Positions 61,050 through 64,000 of a DNA stretch of 64,000 nucleotides are shown here, piece after piece. Position 1 is the stretch's first letter. Every line of letters begins with the position of its first letter. The notes under the pieces are model-generated. The model saw only the letters and a program-made list of their open reading frames with translations. It did no database searches and was not told the DNA's origin. Position numbers and translations under genes: made by a program. The DNA comes from Nitrospirota bacterium (GTDB lineage: Bacteria > Nitrospirota > Thermodesulfovibrionia > Thermodesulfovibrionales > Dissulfurispiraceae): contig JBFLWF010000013.1 of NCBI GenBank assembly GCA_040758355.1, forward strand, positions 10,688-74,687, in the 5' to 3' direction.

Positions 61050-61771
61050 TTGTTGTCCCCTTTGTCGCCGAATTCAAGTTTGTACTCGAGGGGGTGCTCG
61101 TGCTTCATATCCTCGATGGAGATCTTTCCTGTGATCCATGTCATGCTCATGGGGAATTTATTCCACTTCAGGTGCTCGTTGTAGAAGTGCCAGAAGAGTA
61201 TGAAGACTATGGCAAGGAGGGCCTCATCGCTGTGCATGATCGAGATTACCTCCCATATCCAGTTCACGCTCCACGAAGGGAAGAAGTACGAGGACTGGAC
61301 AGGGAATGCAAGGAAAAAACCGGAGAGACCGATAATCCCCATTCCCCAGAAGACCGCCCAGTAATCGAACTTATGTATATAGCTGAACCTGCCGAACTGC
61401 GGCTTCTCTTTGCCCAGACCGAGGAAGTATAGTATATTTTTTACAGCATCCATTACATCCTTTGGCAGGGGGATAATGGTCGTGTCTTTACGAAGCTTCA
61501 TCTTGCCTGTTGAAAGCATGTATCCGAGATAAAGCACATGCCACGCAAAGTCCAGAAGCATTGTAATGCCTGCTATGCGATGCACTATACCTGCGTTCTT
61601 TGCTCCACCCCATATCCTTACCAGCCAGCTTGAATGCTCAACGGTCTGCTCCGGATATTTCAATGCCCATCCTGTGAATGAGAGCAGCAGGAATGTGGTA
61701 AAAAGAATTACATGCTGGATCCTCTCTATAGTATTGAAACGTAAATATTCCTTTGGAGTCTCTTTATTCAT
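61046..61771 (-). CDS. Cytochrome b subunit (FdnI/HydC-like)
   Basis: Four TM helices with His ligands (RIQH, VHRIAG, MHSDEA, WHFYNEH); KFDYWAVFWG. Confidence 0.88.
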   Translation of the reverse strand: MNKETPKEYLRFNTIERIQHVILFTTFLLLSFTGWALKYPEQTVEHSSWLVRIWGGAKNAGIVHRIAGITMLLDFAWHVLYLGYMLSTGKMKLRKDTTIIPLPKDVMDAVKNILYFLGLGKEKPQFGRFSYIHKFDYWAVFWGMGIIGLSGFFLAFPVQSSYFFPSWSVNWIWEVISIMHSDEALLAIVFILFWHFYNEHLKWNKFPMSMTWITGKISIEDMKHEHPLEYKLEFGDKGDNK

Positions 61772-62702
61772 GATGTCCCTCCTTTCCCTTTCTTAAAACC
61801 TTATCCCTGATCTCGGAAATCGCCTCGAGAATGACATGGCCGACGATAAATGCAAATACGGACAATAGAAGAACTATCAATCCCTTTTCGAAATAGTATG
61901 GCACAGGATTGTCTTTCCCGTATGGTTTATGGGTGATTGCAGTGACAAACTTCTTTGTAGCGCCTTTATGGCACCTGCCGCAGGTCTCTGTCCTGTTATC
62001 CCATGCAACAGGAGACATGGGGTCTTCCCATTTCTTGATATCATGATATTTGTGGCAGTCAACGCATGTGGGGGCATTTGGATGTCCGATAACATATTTT
62101 TTGCCGTGAAAGCTTTCATAGTACCTTTCGAGTATATGGGTACTAAAGCCGTATTTCCTGGCGAGGCCTTCGTTTTCATGGCACTCACCGCAGGTCTTAA
62201 CTATATTCTTTTTATTGATATGCGATGCAGCGGTATTTTTAGGCGTTATGTAATGAGGCGAACCGTGACAGTCTACGCATGAAGCACCGTCGGACTGCTT
62301 CTTCTGTATGACGTTGCTGCCGTGGATGCTCTGCTGCCATGATTTATAAATATCACCGTGGCATTCGGAGCACGCAGCGAGGGCAACAGGATCTACCTTT
62401 GCCTTATGGGTCAGCTTGCTCGCCAGAGAAGCGATGCCTTGCGGGACATTCGTAATCCTTGCAGGTTCGTGTGGATTTGAACCGAATTGTTTATGACATA
62501 CAATACAATCAAAACCTCCATGCACGGATTGCGAGTATTTCTCTCCGTCAACATTCACATCGATTAAAACGCCCCCTTCCGTACGGATCTTGCCCTTCAT
62601 TGCGCTGTGGCATGCCAGACAGGTAAAGGTTTCTGCGCTTGCCGAATAAGTAAAACAGAGCAGGGGAATCCATAAGAGAGCCACCAAGAAAACCCTTTTC
62701 AT
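61764..62702 (-). CDS. Heptaheme c-type cytochrome with C-terminal membrane anchor
   Basis: Signal peptide from ATG 62702 (after GGAGG); seven CxxCH; C-terminal TM helix containing His. Confidence 0.9.
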   Translation of the reverse strand: MKRVFLVALLWIPLLCFTYSASAETFTCLACHSAMKGKIRTEGGVLIDVNVDGEKYSQSVHGGFDCIVCHKQFGSNPHEPARITNVPQGIASLASKLTHKAKVDPVALAACSECHGDIYKSWQQSIHGSNVIQKKQSDGASCVDCHGSPHYITPKNTAASHINKKNIVKTCGECHENEGLARKYGFSTHILERYYESFHGKKYVIGHPNAPTCVDCHKYHDIKKWEDPMSPVAWDNRTETCGRCHKGATKKFVTAITHKPYGKDNPVPYYFEKGLIVLLLSVFAFIVGHVILEAISEIRDKVLRKGKEGHHE

Positions 62703-62857
62703 GCGACCTCCCAAAAACCCTCTCAGAGATATAGCTATTAAAAATAGCAATAGATTATACATAAATGCTGGTGATTTTGGAAACAGAAAAAATACTAATT
62801 AGAACTTTAGGTGAACAGAAAGGCTCTTAAGAATATCCTCATGACTCCTCCTCGTGA

Positions 62858-63169
62858 TTATAAAGCTTTAGAAATACAGACATAGCGTTTGAATTTTATA
62901 CATTCGCACGATGTCTTTGCACAGTTGTCTATCGTAAAATCAGAGCATTCAATGCACGGCGGTTTATCCTTAATGGTTCCTACAAGTTCTTTGTATAAGT
63001 CCACAAAGACATAATCTATGCTGCTCTTCTTGCAATCCCTGTTCTGTTCGGGTTTAGATACGTCTTGAGTCAAGTCGTAAGAAGGATACTGTAGAACCTC
63101 ATCCAGCATCCCTTCAGTTATAATCTTATCCATTAAAGATAGGAACTTATGCTTATTTGTTGACTTCAT
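62858..63169 (-). CDS. Hypothetical protein with Cys-rich C-terminus
   Basis: GGAGG upstream; CIEC-x7-C-x4-CEC. Confidence 0.55.
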   Translation of the reverse strand: MKSTNKHKFLSLMDKIITEGMLDEVLQYPSYDLTQDVSKPEQNRDCKKSSIDYVFVDLYKELVGTIKDKPPCIECSDFTIDNCAKTSCECIKFKRYVCISKAL

Positions 63170-63210
63170 GCATTACCTCCCCAGGCAATGAAAAATTGAA
63201 CTCAACCCAC

Positions 63211-63239
63211 AAAAAAAGAGGGGGAAATCCCCCTCTTTT
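63211..63239 (-). terminator. Intrinsic terminator after the paired membrane proteins
   Basis: AAAAGAGGGGGA-aa-TCCCCCTCTTTT hairpin with a U7 tract on the minus strand. Confidence 0.8.
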
Positions 63240-63240
63240 C

Positions 63241-63576
63241 TTATTTTGCCTTAGCAACTGCCTCAGCAGCCTCTCTAACCTCTTTGGGCGCTGTGAGTGC
63301 CTCCACAAGATAACCCATCGCAGTTCCAGCTATAGACCCAACCACTATGCTCACCGATGCTATGCATACTATTCCGAGGAGTATTCCCACTGCAACTATC
63401 ATCCTCACTATCACCGTTGGCTCAATCGGGCCTCCCATCAGATGCTTAAGCACTATCAGAGACCCATAACTTCCAAAGTAAAATCCTGGAATCAATCCGA
63501 AGATTAAGAATGCTACTCCTCCTAATGCTGCTCCTATCTTTGTGCCCATCCTTACCATCTCTTTCCTTGCTTTCAT
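63241..63576 (-). CDS. Gly-rich small membrane protein (paralog B)
   Basis: GLIPGFYFGSYG; hydrophobic; AGGAGG upstream. Confidence 0.8.
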   Translation of the reverse strand: MKARKEMVRMGTKIGAALGGVAFLIFGLIPGFYFGSYGSLIVLKHLMGGPIEPTVIVRMIVAVGILLGIVCIASVSIVVGSIAGTAMGYLVEALTAPKEVREAAEAVAKAK

Positions 63577-63641
63577 TTTAAGCCTCCTTTTTTAGCTATT
63601 AGCTGATAGCTGTCAGCTATCGGCTTTTTTTATTTTTATCT

Positions 63642-63971
63642 TTATTTTGCCTTTACTGCTGTTGCCTCCATCCCTGCTGCCTTTCCATGCCTTACTGTAT
63701 CAACTGCTGAGCCTGTCAGCCATCCGATTATGGATGTGCCTGCCACAAATACCACTCCTGCCACCAGTATGCCAAGTACCATGGATGCCCCAACTATCAT
63801 CCTCGGAAGCAATGCAGCACCCAATGGATTTCCAAATATGCTGCCAGCTATGTTGAGTCCGATTACTCCTCCAATGAATGAGCCCGGAAGAAGTCCCAGT
63901 ATTGCAAACAGTATTAATCCTGCGCCTGCACCTATATATAATCCTTTTTTTGCCCCTTCTCTTGTTTTCAT
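63642..63971 (-). CDS. Gly-rich small membrane protein (paralog A)
   Basis: GLLPGSFIGG; hydrophobic; AGGAGG upstream; both paralogs end in KAK. Confidence 0.8.
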   Translation of the reverse strand: MKTREGAKKGLYIGAGAGLILFAILGLLPGSFIGGVIGLNIAGSIFGNPLGAALLPRMIVGASMVLGILVAGVVFVAGTSIIGWLTGSAVDTVRHGKAAGMEATAVKAK

Positions 63972-64000
63972 TTTCTTGTTCCTCCTTTCTCTGTTCTTGC

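Noticed and set aside
62746..62762. sigma54 promoter upstream of the heptaheme cytochrome
   Set aside because: TGTATAATCTATTGCT lacks the invariant GG at -24; it could equally be a sigma70 -10 element.

Overview
A bacterial chromosomal window, mostly housekeeping genes. Gene content suggests an anaerobic, cytochrome-rich lineage such as Nitrospirota/Thermodesulfovibrionia; this is inference and cannot be verified here. Core content: a 2-oxoacid dehydrogenase cluster, ileS-lspA, nfo, trmFO-xerC-hslVU-rlpA-fmdE-argB, ilvE, gatAB, rluD, tRNA-Arg, rpsU-yqeY-nif3-dnaG-rpoD-tRNA-Ile2, a selenocysteine-containing selD missed by the ORF track, and rho. Accessory content: two toxin-antitoxin cassettes, several sensor kinases and a multiheme cytochrome c/cytochrome b module. 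Best candidates for something new: (1) a 12.3-kb, ten-gene signalling operon (41886-54222) combining three histidine kinases, seven receiver domains, two HD-GYP proteins, an orphan MglA-type GTPase and a receiver-fused PilB/GspE ATPase; (2) a 214-306 nt structured element present twice (11304-11609 and 60061-60274) with compensatory base changes; (3) short tandem repeats and hairpins lying in frame inside conserved genes; (4) repeated leaderless promoter architecture. All calls come from reading motifs by eye; no database searches were run.
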